From a virus (taxonomy: Duplodnaviria; Heunggongvirae; Uroviricota; Caudoviricetes), in IMG/VR virus record IMGVR_UViG_2627853910_000001: DNA of 46,177 nucleotides; one strand, given 5' to 3'. The translations under genes were made by a program, and so were the position numbers. The notes below the pieces were generated by a model. The model was not told the DNA's origin and did not search any database. It was given only the letters and a program-made list of their open reading frames with translations. Below are positions 30,453-38,832 of the stretch, in pieces. How positions within the stretch are numbered: position 1 is the first letter of the stretch; every line of letters starts with the position of its first letter.

Positions 30453-30718
30453 TCATCATCTCCTGCCGCACATACAACCTCACAAAAAACATCAGCGGAA
30501 TGTTTCTCCTTGAACGAATGACGCTCAAAACCGCACTCAATATCAGGCGCAAAAACATCCACCACATACGGTCTTTCAGAATGTTCGTTTTCCCAACGAT
30601 AAACCGTAGTGACGTTGAAATGTTTTAACGCTTCACGGAACTCAACGCTGCCCGTCAGGTTTTTTGAGGTCAGGTATTGCAGGAGGTTTTTTACTACTTC
30701 ACGGTCTTGTACTTTCAT
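30449..30718 (-). CDS. Hypothetical protein, first gene after repeated promoter cassette copy A
   Basis: ATG immediately follows the repeat, which supplies GGAGA RBS. Confidence 0.45.
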   Translation of the reverse strand: MKVQDREVVKNLLQYLTSKNLTGSVEFREALKHFNVTTVYRWENEHSERPYVVDVFAPDIECGFERHSFKEKHSADVFCEVVCAAGDDE

Positions 30719-30835
30719 CGGGTTATCTCCGGTTTAACCAGGGCGGGTATCGCTCGGTTTCGGGTATAACCTTAGGAAATTTTTTCCCACCTGTAAAGCA
30801 CTTTTTATATAAATCTATAATTATATAATTCTATG
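30719..30835 (-). repeat. Repeated promoter/leader cassette, copy A (~117 bp)
   Basis: Near-identical (1 mismatch) to 44539-44655 and ~95% to 35440-35547; ends at the start codon of the downstream gene. Confidence 0.85.
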
Positions 30836-31418
30836 CCACTTGCCAGAGAGCATCATGCAACTGGATACCTCCATTGCACTGGTTGCCCCAGCCATGCCAG
30901 CCATCAGGTAAATCACCGCGAGCAAACAGCTCAATACGAGGAACATCACCTAACAGCTTTACCAGCTTGTCACGGACCACATCAGGCTTCCGAGAATGCT
31001 CCAGACGAGGCGATGTAAACGACTGAATGATCCCCGCATCAAGACGGGTCGGCAGTTTGCCTTTTACCGCAAACAAGCAATCTTCACTGTTTGCACGAGT
31101 CATATGCCCCATCCCCATCACCAGCTTATCTGGTTGTCGGCTACCACATTTGTTCCATGTGAAGCCCTTCATGGTCATCAGCCTGAATCCCCATGCTTTA
31201 ACCACCAGCAACGCTTCTTCTGGCTGAGTCGGAACCCACCACATGGCCAACAAACACGATTCAGGATTAGCAAGCTGCCAGACAGGAATACGAGCAATCT
31301 CCTCAGCTTTCATCGTTGGATACTTAAAACCAGCTCCACGATTCCCATCCTTACACTTGTCTTTGTATTCCCAGGGGGGATCTGCATAAATCAGATTAAA
31401 CAATGCAATTGCCTCCAT
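30831..31418 (-). CDS. MT-A70-family DNA N6-adenine methyltransferase
   Basis: DPPW catalytic motif (YADPPWEY) near N-terminus. Confidence 0.8.
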   Translation of the reverse strand: MEAIALFNLIYADPPWEYKDKCKDGNRGAGFKYPTMKAEEIARIPVWQLANPESCLLAMWWVPTQPEEALLVVKAWGFRLMTMKGFTWNKCGSRQPDKLVMGMGHMTRANSEDCLFAVKGKLPTRLDAGIIQSFTSPRLEHSRKPDVVRDKLVKLLGDVPRIELFARGDLPDGWHGWGNQCNGGIQLHDALWQVA

Positions 31419-31484
31419 GTTAATTGTGCCTCCGGCGCTTATCTCCGGCAGTCATAACGCTGGCCAGCTCTACAGCAAACACAA

Positions 31485-31517
31485 CGAAAAGGGCACTAAC
31501 CAGACTGATTAATGCCC
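31485..31517 (-). terminator. Terminator-like hairpin downstream of tRNA
   Basis: Stem GGGCATTAA/TTAGTGCCC followed by TTTT on minus strand. Confidence 0.4.
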
Positions 31518-31725
31518 TTGCCTGTTGTGTGCCGGATATCGCCCGACAACGCTGTTTTGGTAACACGGCTACAGTTCCGTGCCGCTCCAGCTTTTACCCC
31601 TTTGCGGATAACAGGCCCTGCCTGTAACTTAGCCCCACGTTCGCCCGAAATGCGCACCAGGCACGCATAAAGATGAGCACGAAGAAGTAACTCCACCGCG
31701 CTTATCTTTATGTGTGAGAGTGAAT

Positions 31726-31801
31726 TGGTGGCCCCTACCGGATTTGAACCGATGACCGTGCGATTATGAGTCGCCTGCTCTAACCACTGAGCTAAGGGGC
31801 C
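31726..31801 (-). tRNA. tRNA with CAU anticodon (Ile2/lysidine-type or Met)
   Basis: 76-nt cloverleaf GGCCCCTTAGCTCAGTGGTTAGAGCAGGCGACTCATAATCGCACGGTCATCGGTTCAAATCCGGTAGGGGCCACCA; acceptor and D-arm identical to E. coli ileX-type tRNA as recalled; encoded CCA. Confidence 0.85.
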
Positions 31802-31812
31802 ATATTTGATTT

Positions 31813-31894
31813 GTTTGTCTGGTGTGGAACCGCGCACGAAAATCCCAGCCAATAAATTCAGGATTTTTGGGCGCGGCGGCATATCAGACAAACA
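31813..31894 (-). other. Long imperfect hairpin between lysis genes and tRNA
   Basis: Arms 31830-31845 and 31861-31876 pair 14/16; outer arms TGTTTGTCTG/CAGACAAACA. Confidence 0.4.
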
Positions 31895-31970
31895 TGGTTG
31901 ATGCGTGCGCCCATGAGAAAAGCGCATAGAATGTTGTAACTATATATTTATATAATTATAGAAATATATA

Positions 31971-32180
31971 TTACTTTGGACAGTTGATTTCCCATGCCCT
32001 GTTATGAGCCAGAATATCTTTCTTTGTCTGTCGGTCCATAACATCGATGTCGTGATCAGTCAGGTAGATGGGCTTTACCCAATCACAGGCGGTATCAACC
32101 ACCACCGGGACGCTTCCACGACTCCCGCAGCTCGCGATCAACATCGTCATCAGCCATATGGTTAACACTCTGCTGTACAT
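31971..32180 (-). CDS. o-spanin (Rz1-like lipoprotein), overlapping 3-prime end of i-spanin
   Basis: Signal peptide with lipobox LIASC; overlaps the i-spanin gene. Confidence 0.55.
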   Translation of the reverse strand: MYSRVLTIWLMTMLIASCGSRGSVPVVVDTACDWVKPIYLTDHDIDVMDRQTKKDILAHNRAWEINCPK

Positions 32181-32373
32181 TCCCCACCTCTTTTGTCACT
32201 TCTATACGCCGCTCCGCAGTGGCTTTTACGGCGGCTGCATTCTCATTAATGCGCTGCTTTTCAGCTTCATCTTCGGCCTTTTCTCGCCCCTTCATACGAC
32301 CAAAACCAAACGCGCCAAATGCAACCAATATAATTGTGCCAATAAATGACAAAACGGCCTTCAAACCAGTCAT
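32095..32373 (-). CDS. i-spanin (Rz-like)
   Basis: N-terminal TM helix then charged coiled-coil; directly after endolysin. Confidence 0.6.
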   Translation of the reverse strand: MTGLKAVLSFIGTIILVAFGAFGFGRMKGREKAEDEAEKQRINENAAAVKATAERRIEVTKEVGNVQQSVNHMADDDVDRELRESWKRPGGG

Positions 32374-32912
32374 ACCACCACTCGCTCTTTCATCCAGCCG
32401 TAGACAAACGACTCATTAGCCTCGCGCTTCTCCGCCAACTCCAGATAGCGTTCGCCCTGCGTACAGTTCAGCGACGTCAGCATCACCCGTTCGCCGTCTT
32501 TTCCCCGATTCCCAAGATAAGCACGCAGCGCATTAATGGTACGTGGACCGATTCGTCCGTCTGCATCCAAATCGGGATACAGCTTCCCACGCAGGTTGAA
32601 CACATTCAGCCAGCGTTGAAGCATTTTTGACGCCACTGTTGGCCCCATGTTGACGCCCGTGTCGCACAGTTCTGCGGCAATATCCGGCGACAGAGTTGCT
32701 ATCTGGTCAAAACGTGGGCCGTACCAGTAATCAGCCTCAAGGATTTCCAGAGCCTGTTCGCGAGTTAAATCGCGCATATCGCCACGGTATCCATGAGCAC
32801 GGGCAGTGTTCTGAGTAATGCCCCACTTTGTTGGGCCTCCCTTGTCGTCAGGGTGATCCACATAGCCGCCCTCTTTTCCAAGAACACTGTTAAAAATCTC
32901 ATCTTTGGTCAT
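32370..32912 (-). CDS. Endolysin, glycoside hydrolase family 108-type with peptidoglycan-binding domain
   Basis: N-terminal EGGYVDHPDDKGGPTKWGIT motif typical of GH108. Confidence 0.8.
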   Translation of the reverse strand: MTKDEIFNSVLGKEGGYVDHPDDKGGPTKWGITQNTARAHGYRGDMRDLTREQALEILEADYWYGPRFDQIATLSPDIAAELCDTGVNMGPTVASKMLQRWLNVFNLRGKLYPDLDADGRIGPRTINALRAYLGNRGKDGERVMLTSLNCTQGERYLELAEKREANESFVYGWMKERVVV

Positions 32913-33195
32913 GATTAAACCCTAATGCGTCAACTATCCGCGCCAGATTGCCCCTGAAATACAGAACAACGATGCAGATAATCAGATTTCCAATAACCAC
33001 CAGCCAGTGGGATTCTTGATAAAGACCGAACACATAACGGAAGGGAACATTGGCGTATACAATGACGTAGATATAAGCCAGAAAGGAAACAAATGGACGA
33101 TGCCTGGAGTCTTTCCGTCGATAAAGCATCAGCGCCATTACTATTACTGTGCAAAGCACCGCATTAATCAGTGCTGACGGGTCACTGCTTACCAT
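32899..33195 (-). CDS. Holin-associated membrane protein (second holin/antiholin candidate)
   Basis: About 3 predicted TM segments; start set at ATG with GGAGGGGG RBS. Confidence 0.5.
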   Translation of the reverse strand: MVSSDPSALINAVLCTVIVMALMLYRRKDSRHRPFVSFLAYIYVIVYANVPFRYVFGLYQESHWLVVIGNLIICIVVLYFRGNLARIVDALGFNHDQR

Positions 33196-33577
33196 TTGAA
33201 CCCCCTCCACGTAAGCGGGAAAGCATTCCAAAGATGCTACCGAGATCCTGGCTGTTTACGAACGTGAGGATTTTAATGGTCAATGCAGCCACAATAACCG
33301 CACCAAGCGCATCCAGAGGACGATCGTTGTAGCTGGTCCATTTGGCAAGAAATGAGCCAACTAACGGCGCTCCAATCACTCCAACAATGAACGATGTAAA
33401 GAAATAGCCAATCAGCTTGAGACGGCTAATATTCACCGCTGTAGCAACATAGAAAACAGCGCCAGCAAATGCCCCGAATACAACGCCGTAATCAATACCA
33501 GTTGCAATACCAAAAACGCTGGCACCCATCAGGCCACCAGCAGCAACGGCCGTACCGGAAATTGGTTCTGCTGACAT
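33182..33577 (-). CDS. Putative holin
   Basis: Gly/Ala-rich TM segments; start trimmed to ATG with GAGGA RBS because the track ORF N-terminus runs through a terminator. Confidence 0.55.
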   Translation of the reverse strand: MSAEPISGTAVAAGGLMGASVFGIATGIDYGVVFGAFAGAVFYVATAVNISRLKLIGYFFTSFIVGVIGAPLVGSFLAKWTSYNDRPLDALGAVIVAALTIKILTFVNSQDLGSIFGMLSRLRGGGSNGKQ

Positions 33578-33589
33578 TGAAATCCTCGT

Positions 33590-33625
33590 TAAAAAAAAAA
33601 AGCCCCGCCGAAAAGGCAGGGCTTC
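33590..33625 (-). terminator. Intrinsic terminator immediately upstream of holin (tR-prime-like position)
   Basis: 10-bp stem (1 mismatch) with GAAAA loop followed by T11 on minus strand. Confidence 0.6.
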
Positions 33626-34012
33626 ATAAAGCAACAAATTACGCGGTAATCGCTTAACGCAGTTTTACTACGTTAAATGAAACACTACACCCAGTTACCA
33701 CCTAAAACAAGGTTTTCCCATAAAAAAACCTTCATATTGTGGTTAATCGATCAATAAAAAAACAATACTTAACTTTTGACCAACCGAACATCCCGACCAG
33801 GACTTCCATAATATTCGCCGATATGCCACTGCTTAAGTTGAGTAATCTTCTCCAACTTAACGCCCATAGAGTCCAGTTTCTGCCATGTTTTCGGTTGTAT
33901 GTGCTTCATTATGTTTCTTTCGGACCAACACACCAGGTTGTCGGCGTTTCGCGCAACTTCACTCTTTTCTCACCATCATTGGTAATGATTATTCCGGTAT
34001 GGGTTTTGATGC

Positions 34013-34315
34013 TCATGCCACAGCCCCTCTCAACGGCTTAACTTTGGCTAATAAGGTGTTAAACAACATGGAGTTAGGATTCATGCCAAATGGCAATTCC
34101 GGTTTAGCGGAGTAGTACAGGCAACCATTTATTTTCCTGGTTGTTATCTGTCCTTCGGCAACCATGCTTCTCAGTCTGCAACGCATAGAGTTCTGCGACA
34201 CACCAATGTGCTCCGCGATTACGTCCACTTTTGAACATGGGTGATCGGTCAGGAAATTAATCACATCTTGGGGGTTAATAATTTTGCGTTTCATTGTCGA
34301 GGCGTCCTTATACAT
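34013..34315 (-). CDS. Small winged-helix/HTH DNA-binding protein (candidate regulator)
   Basis: 100 aa; HTH-like segment SKVDVIAEHIGVSQNSMRCRLRSMVAEGQI. Confidence 0.4.
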   Translation of the reverse strand: MYKDASTMKRKIINPQDVINFLTDHPCSKVDVIAEHIGVSQNSMRCRLRSMVAEGQITTRKINGCLYYSAKPELPFGMNPNSMLFNTLLAKVKPLRGAVA

Positions 34316-34371
34316 TTATATAAATATATAATTCTATATACGGCGGGAGATATCCCGCCGTAGGCTTACTG

Positions 34372-35439
34372 TCAGGCTTTCAATAGCGATTCTTTCAGAT
34401 ATCGGGCATCAGCCAGGGCGTTTGGAGTAATCTTGCGAACCCATGCATTACGGGTTGGACTCCACTTAAAGGCGCGTGATTTAAGCAGCGAACGAATGTT
34501 TGCCTCTGGTTTGCCAGGGAAATAAAACAGGATGCGGTTATCCTCTGGATCTATCTCCATAGAAAAGCCGTCGTATTCTTCGCGCTGTGCTCCTGTTACA
34601 GACTTGACCGATTCAAGCTCCTTAATACGGCTCTGTAGTCGTTTGATTTCGGCCTTATTGTTGCTCAGTGCGTATGAAGGGAATCCGATGTGCCCACAGA
34701 AATCTCCGGCCAGTAACTCTTTGGCTTCGCTTTCTGTAAACCTGAGATCGATTAATGCAGAAAGCTGCTGTAATTGGTCTTTTTTGTATTTGCGAATGGC
34801 CTTATTTGCGGCCTTCATTTTGACGTGTGACTTCATGCAGCCTTGCAGCTTACGAAGCAACTTAAATAGCGCATCAGGATCATCAGACGAAATTCCATTA
34901 CGACCAACACCTGCGGCTTTGCTCTCGTAGTGTGATGCTTTACTTTCGCATTCAACAAACGCTTTTCTGAATAACGCATCAGCTTTAGACAAACGGCGGC
35001 GATGGCCTTTCGCGCTATAATGGTCAACTAAAATCGGCTGGCCTAACGGGATCACATCCAACAGGTCATGCGCTCGCTTATGCGCTACCGCACCTTCTTT
35101 TCTGGCTTTTTCTGCACGAGCAATATATCGGGCAAGACGCGCGTTCTGGCGTTCCTGATAGGTGTTTACGTAATCATCTCCGCGCTGCTGCTGTTCAAGC
35201 CATGCTTTGCGCAGATCTTCTGTTACGTCCACCAGCTCCGCAGGGATACAACCAGTTTGGGCTTCATAAGAGTAACCATCCTCATAGATACGCCCATCGT
35301 CTTCAACAAAGAAAAAGGTTTCGTGCTCATCGCTTTTGACCATACGACCATTAACATGGCGTAATAGGTAGCCAGTATCAGTGCTTAACAGGCTGTTAGG
35401 GTTGTTGATCCAGTCAGAAATAATTACTTGTTTATTCAT
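34372..35439 (-). CDS. Conserved hypothetical protein (possibly DUF3560-type; recalled, unverified)
   Basis: 355-aa ORF starting right after repeat copy B; basic helical central region. Confidence 0.45.
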   Translation of the reverse strand: MNKQVIISDWINNPNSLLSTDTGYLLRHVNGRMVKSDEHETFFFVEDDGRIYEDGYSYEAQTGCIPAELVDVTEDLRKAWLEQQQRGDDYVNTYQERQNARLARYIARAEKARKEGAVAHKRAHDLLDVIPLGQPILVDHYSAKGHRRRLSKADALFRKAFVECESKASHYESKAAGVGRNGISSDDPDALFKLLRKLQGCMKSHVKMKAANKAIRKYKKDQLQQLSALIDLRFTESEAKELLAGDFCGHIGFPSYALSNNKAEIKRLQSRIKELESVKSVTGAQREEYDGFSMEIDPEDNRILFYFPGKPEANIRSLLKSRAFKWSPTRNAWVRKITPNALADARYLKESLLKA

Positions 35440-35547
35440 CAGATTTCTCCGGTTTAACCAGGGCGGGTATCGCTCGGTTTCGGGTATAACCTTAGGAAAT
35501 TTTTTCCCACCTGTAAAGCACTTTTTATATAAATCTATAATTATATA
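35440..35547 (-). repeat. Repeated promoter/leader cassette, copy B
   Basis: ~108 bp shared with copies A and C; lies between Q-like gene and next gene. Confidence 0.85.
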
Positions 35548-35608
35548 TTTATAGATTTTCGATGTTCCCGATGTCTACACACCATCAAAACAGCTCAAAA
35601 TGACACTT

Positions 35609-35986
35609 TCACTCTCTTCGCTTTTTCAAATAGTCGACAACATACGCCCTGGCTTTTGCCAGCTTCCGGCGATACTGTCTGAGACTAAGAGAAAGGGCGT
35701 GGGCTTTATCAATATGCGGTGCATTTATGTCGAGGCCCCGAATCTCCCACGCCCCGTATTCAATTCGGACAACCAGCGCCGCAGTCTCATCAACTACCGT
35801 GAGGGCCGTCACAGCTCCCTCGATACTGGTTTCCAGTGAGTCATTTGGTGCGCCGCCCCCTCCGGTAAACTGGCAACGCGTAACCATCATCATTTCTAAC
35901 ATCGACGCGAAACCGCTACGGGCGTTGCAGCCATTGCGCACCCACAGCGCCCATAGCTCAAACAAGCTATCCAGATCGCGTCTCAC
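35609..35986 (-). CDS. Putative late antiterminator (Q-like)
   Basis: N-terminal LFELWALWVRNG resembles Q/QuuD N-terminus as recalled; last early gene before promoter copy B; lacks Zn-finger cysteines. Confidence 0.35.
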   Translation of the reverse strand: MRRDLDSLFELWALWVRNGCNARSGFASMLEMMMVTRCQFTGGGGAPNDSLETSIEGAVTALTVVDETAALVVRIEYGAWEIRGLDINAPHIDKAHALSLSLRQYRRKLAKARAYVVDYLKKRRE

Positions 35987-35989
35987 TGT

Positions 35990-36322
35990 TCAGATCTCCC
36001 GTATCGTGACGGGATAAAGCGCCTCTACCTGCTTTTTCTTCATGATGTAGACGTCTGTTCGCACACCTTTAGTGTCGACACAATCAATCGTCCCATCGTC
36101 ATAAAACACCATGAAATCAAGTTTATAAACGACACCACCAGGCAGATGAAAAGGCACCTGCATAAGAAACGTCACAACGCGGCCAGCTTTTCTCAGTAAC
36201 TTCAGTTCGCAGTAGTAATCAGCCTCTTTTTTGCTATCAAAAGCGATATCATCGACAACCGTTTTTTTATTGCCGTATTTGCTTTTCCTGGTCGCTGGTT
36301 TGCGAAAGCCGGTATATCTCAT
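35990..36322 (-). CDS. DUF1064-like phage protein (putative nuclease), nin-region type
   Basis: KYGNKKTVVDDIAFDSKKEADYY...LDFMVFY...VDTKG pattern. Confidence 0.5.
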   Translation of the reverse strand: MRYTGFRKPATRKSKYGNKKTVVDDIAFDSKKEADYYCELKLLRKAGRVVTFLMQVPFHLPGGVVYKLDFMVFYDDGTIDCVDTKGVRTDVYIMKKKQVEALYPVTIREI

Positions 36323-36723
36323 TTGGTATCCCCTGGTACTTCACCAAGACTAAGATCAAACCCAATTTCGTCTTTAACTGACTGCGGCAACAGCTCCCAC
36401 GTCTGCGCACACAAAAATTCATCGGTGCCATAACGCTCAACAAAGCGAGCACAATTACTCAGGGGAGGGTGACGAACGGCGATATGCGGAGGCACGCGCC
36501 CACCACCAGGCACAACACCGCGATGATGTGGTGCGCACAATCCAAAGCTATGAAAGTGGCAATTCTCATCAACGCTGCCGTAATCAGGATCGTGATGTAG
36601 CTCCGTCCACAGCTCTGGATTCTCAATTTCACGGCCATCAATAATGCAAGCTATGCAACCCACGTGAGTGAGCACCGCTTGTATATAAAGTTTCTCTTTC
36701 TTCGTTGGTGTACGTCCGTTCAT
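36319..36723 (-). CDS. Cys/His-rich putative HNH/Ref-like nuclease
   Basis: Paired Cys and His clusters (CIACII..., CHFHSFGLCAPHH). Confidence 0.3.
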   Translation of the reverse strand: MNGRTPTKKEKLYIQAVLTHVGCIACIIDGREIENPELWTELHHDPDYGSVDENCHFHSFGLCAPHHRGVVPGGGRVPPHIAVRHPPLSNCARFVERYGTDEFLCAQTWELLPQSVKDEIGFDLSLGEVPGDTK

Positions 36724-36956
36724 CAGCGCCCCTTACCATTGATAAAGAGGTTGAACTCGTTGATTAACTGGACATACATGCTTCTGGCCGCGTAGTTCTT
36801 TGCCAGCTCTTTACGGGATGAGATCCCGCAAAACTCACGCAGAATCACAGAGGCCTCAGAACTGTTTGAAACGTTCTTCCCTGTTTTACTGGTCAGAAAG
36901 CGCCAGAATTGGGAATTCTGGCAATGCATCGCAGCACCGCGAACATAACTACTCAT
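36723..36956 (-). CDS. Hypothetical small protein
   Basis: 77-aa ORF in coupled early operon. Confidence 0.3.
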   Translation of the reverse strand: MSSYVRGAAMHCQNSQFWRFLTSKTGKNVSNSSEASVILREFCGISSRKELAKNYAARSMYVQLINEFNLFINGKGR

Positions 36957-37468
36957 TGATGGCCCCCGTCATTTCTGGTGCTTTTCACCGTGCGGCTTCT
37001 TAAAAACCTGCCATCACGAACAACAGACACTTCTCGTTTACCCAACCTCATTTCACGGCGGTAACATTCAGAAAATGCCTCGTCCGGCATCATATAAATG
37101 CGACGCTTCGCCTCCGTATCCAGAAGGGAACGGCTTGGGGTTACATATAAAAACGACTCATCAATAGGGACAAAACCACGAGCAAGAATTGCTGGCAGAA
37201 TGCCAGGAAGAACGCAGAAAACAGCTCCACGATGCAGCAACATCTGGTACTCCATGACCTCCGTTATCCCCGTGACTACTGTTACGGTGTCACGTCTGTT
37301 ACGGCTGGCAACCAGTCGCTGCACACGTCCAATTTTCTGATCTACAGATAGATGTTTGCTATCGTTATCAATATGATCGATAACAAATCCTTTAATCGTT
37401 TGATCAAGGTAGTGCACCACCTGCGATTGAATCTGGTGATTATCACCAAAGAAGGCCAGAATCATCAT
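36953..37468 (-). CDS. Hypothetical early protein
   Basis: 171-aa ORF in early operon. Confidence 0.35.
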   Translation of the reverse strand: MMILAFFGDNHQIQSQVVHYLDQTIKGFVIDHIDNDSKHLSVDQKIGRVQRLVASRNRRDTVTVVTGITEVMEYQMLLHRGAVFCVLPGILPAILARGFVPIDESFLYVTPSRSLLDTEAKRRIYMMPDEAFSECYRREMRLGKREVSVVRDGRFLRSRTVKSTRNDGGHQ

Positions 37469-37959
37469 TCCTCAAGCCTCCCAAGTGCTGAACGCCGGGC
37501 GTTGCTAATCTCCTTATGAATCAGCTCGATATCGCTGGAATCTTTATTCTTAAGCTCCAGCACGGTAATCGCATCACGAACCTCTGAAACGGTTACGTGT
37601 GAGTGTTTCCAGCGAGCAATGAATCGCGGACCGCGTAGATTGCAACGCTCCGCAGGCATCCCCAGCTCAGAGAAAACCGCTTTCAGCCTTGATAAGCAGT
37701 TAACAGGGAGATTCCCTTTGATCTTGTTCTGCCGAACCGATGTGCCATCGCTACGCTGGCGCTGACGTTCGGCAAAATCTGCCGCCCATTGCTGGACGTT
37801 AATCCGGCCTTCCGAATACGCCACCAGCAGCGTCAGGTTATCCGCACGAGGGAATCTCTCGAAGCGATACCAGGCACCAATCAGTGATGACGTAAAGCCA
37901 AACTTTCTGGCAACACCAATTTGGCCTCCATTTTCGTCAACCCACTCCTGAAAGGTCAT
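37465..37959 (-). CDS. First early-operon protein, Cro/YdaS-like HTH N-terminus
   Basis: Divergent from CI-like gene across operator region; GGAG RBS. Confidence 0.4.
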   Translation of the reverse strand: MTFQEWVDENGGQIGVARKFGFTSSLIGAWYRFERFPRADNLTLLVAYSEGRINVQQWAADFAERQRQRSDGTSVRQNKIKGNLPVNCLSRLKAVFSELGMPAERCNLRGPRFIARWKHSHVTVSEVRDAITVLELKNKDSSDIELIHKEISNARRSALGRLEE

Positions 37960-37978
37960 TTAACGAACTCCAGTTAAA

Positions 37979-38014
37979 ACCACGATATGTGGTATTAAAA
38001 CCACATATCGTGAG
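37979..38014. promoter_or_regulatory. Two adjacent 15-bp operators (ACCACGATATGTGGT and inverted copy)
   Basis: Same 15-mer in opposite orientations between divergent Cro-like and CI-like genes. Confidence 0.55.
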
Positions 38015-38081
38015 TTTTTCAATGGGCGAAACAAAAAATAACCTTCTATTTGTGGTCCACCTCTCGTCTTACCATGTGAAA

Positions 38082-38096
38082 ACCACTAAATGTGGT
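38082..38096. promoter_or_regulatory. Third operator ACCACTAAATGTGGT adjacent to TATAAAT -10 upstream of CI-like gene
   Basis: Same ACCAC-N5-GTGGT architecture; TATAAAT at 38101-38107. Confidence 0.45.
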
Positions 38097-38133
38097 AATG
38101 TATAAATAACCCACCATTCACGATTGATGAGAC

Positions 38134-38790
38134 ATGAAAAGCAACGACGAGAACATCAAGAAAGAAATAGGTCTGCGCATTCAGACTCTACGGAAACAAT
38201 CCGGCATGACTGCCGGAGATCTCCAGCAAGTCACTGGAATAGGCTTAAGCACCTTGCAGAACTATGAGGCCGGATTAAGACAACCATCGATACCTGCCAT
38301 CAAGAAAATCGCGCACGCCCTGAAAGCATCAGCGCCTTATATCGCGTGCTTAACAGATAACCCGTTCCCACCCCAGAATACTAACGCTCCTGTTATTCCT
38401 GGGCTTGTAGCTATAAAAAATGACATAGCATCGCACGCCGGAGAAAAGCCAGTGCTGGCGATAGAACAGGAGATTCTACGAAGCAAGAACATCAACCCAT
38501 CGTCTCTGTCAGTTCTCCAGAGCAACGATGAGTTAATGTCACCAACAATATCCCCTGGCTCCCAAGTCCTGATTAATACAGACGATACAGAGATTCATGA
38601 GGGGATCTATGCCCTTGAAGACAGAAATGGCCTGGTTGTTTTGAGGCACTGTAGAGTCATACCGGGTGACAATGCTGTTATGCTGTCAACCGAAAGGGAT
38701 GCTGAAATGAACACTAAGCATCTGAATAACGAGGAATTTAAGCGTTATAAAGTTCTTGGCCGCGTAGTTAGTGTTGTCAACTGGTTATGA
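38134..38790 (+). CDS. CI/LexA-like repressor (N-terminal HTH, C-terminal S24 peptidase-like domain)
   Basis: HTH (MTAGDLQQVTGIGLSTLQNYEAG) plus C-terminal autocleavage-like domain. Confidence 0.75.
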   Translation: MKSNDENIKKEIGLRIQTLRKQSGMTAGDLQQVTGIGLSTLQNYEAGLRQPSIPAIKKIAHALKASAPYIACLTDNPFPPQNTNAPVIPGLVAIKNDIASHAGEKPVLAIEQEILRSKNINPSSLSVLQSNDELMSPTISPGSQVLINTDDTEIHEGIYALEDRNGLVVLRHCRVIPGDNAVMLSTERDAEMNTKHLNNEEFKRYKVLGRVVSVVNWL

Positions 38791-38832
38791 TACACAGCAC
38801 GGCGAAAGCCGTGCATTTCTACGCTCAAAAAA

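Noticed and set aside
31496-31927. 143-aa minus-strand ORF
   Set aside because: It runs straight through the tRNA gene and the flanking hairpin/terminator; no RBS; best explained as a spurious ORF
33578-33637. N-terminal extension of the holin track ORF
   Set aside because: Extension is the terminator hairpin and T-run translated as FFF; an internal ATG with GAGGA RBS is the likely start
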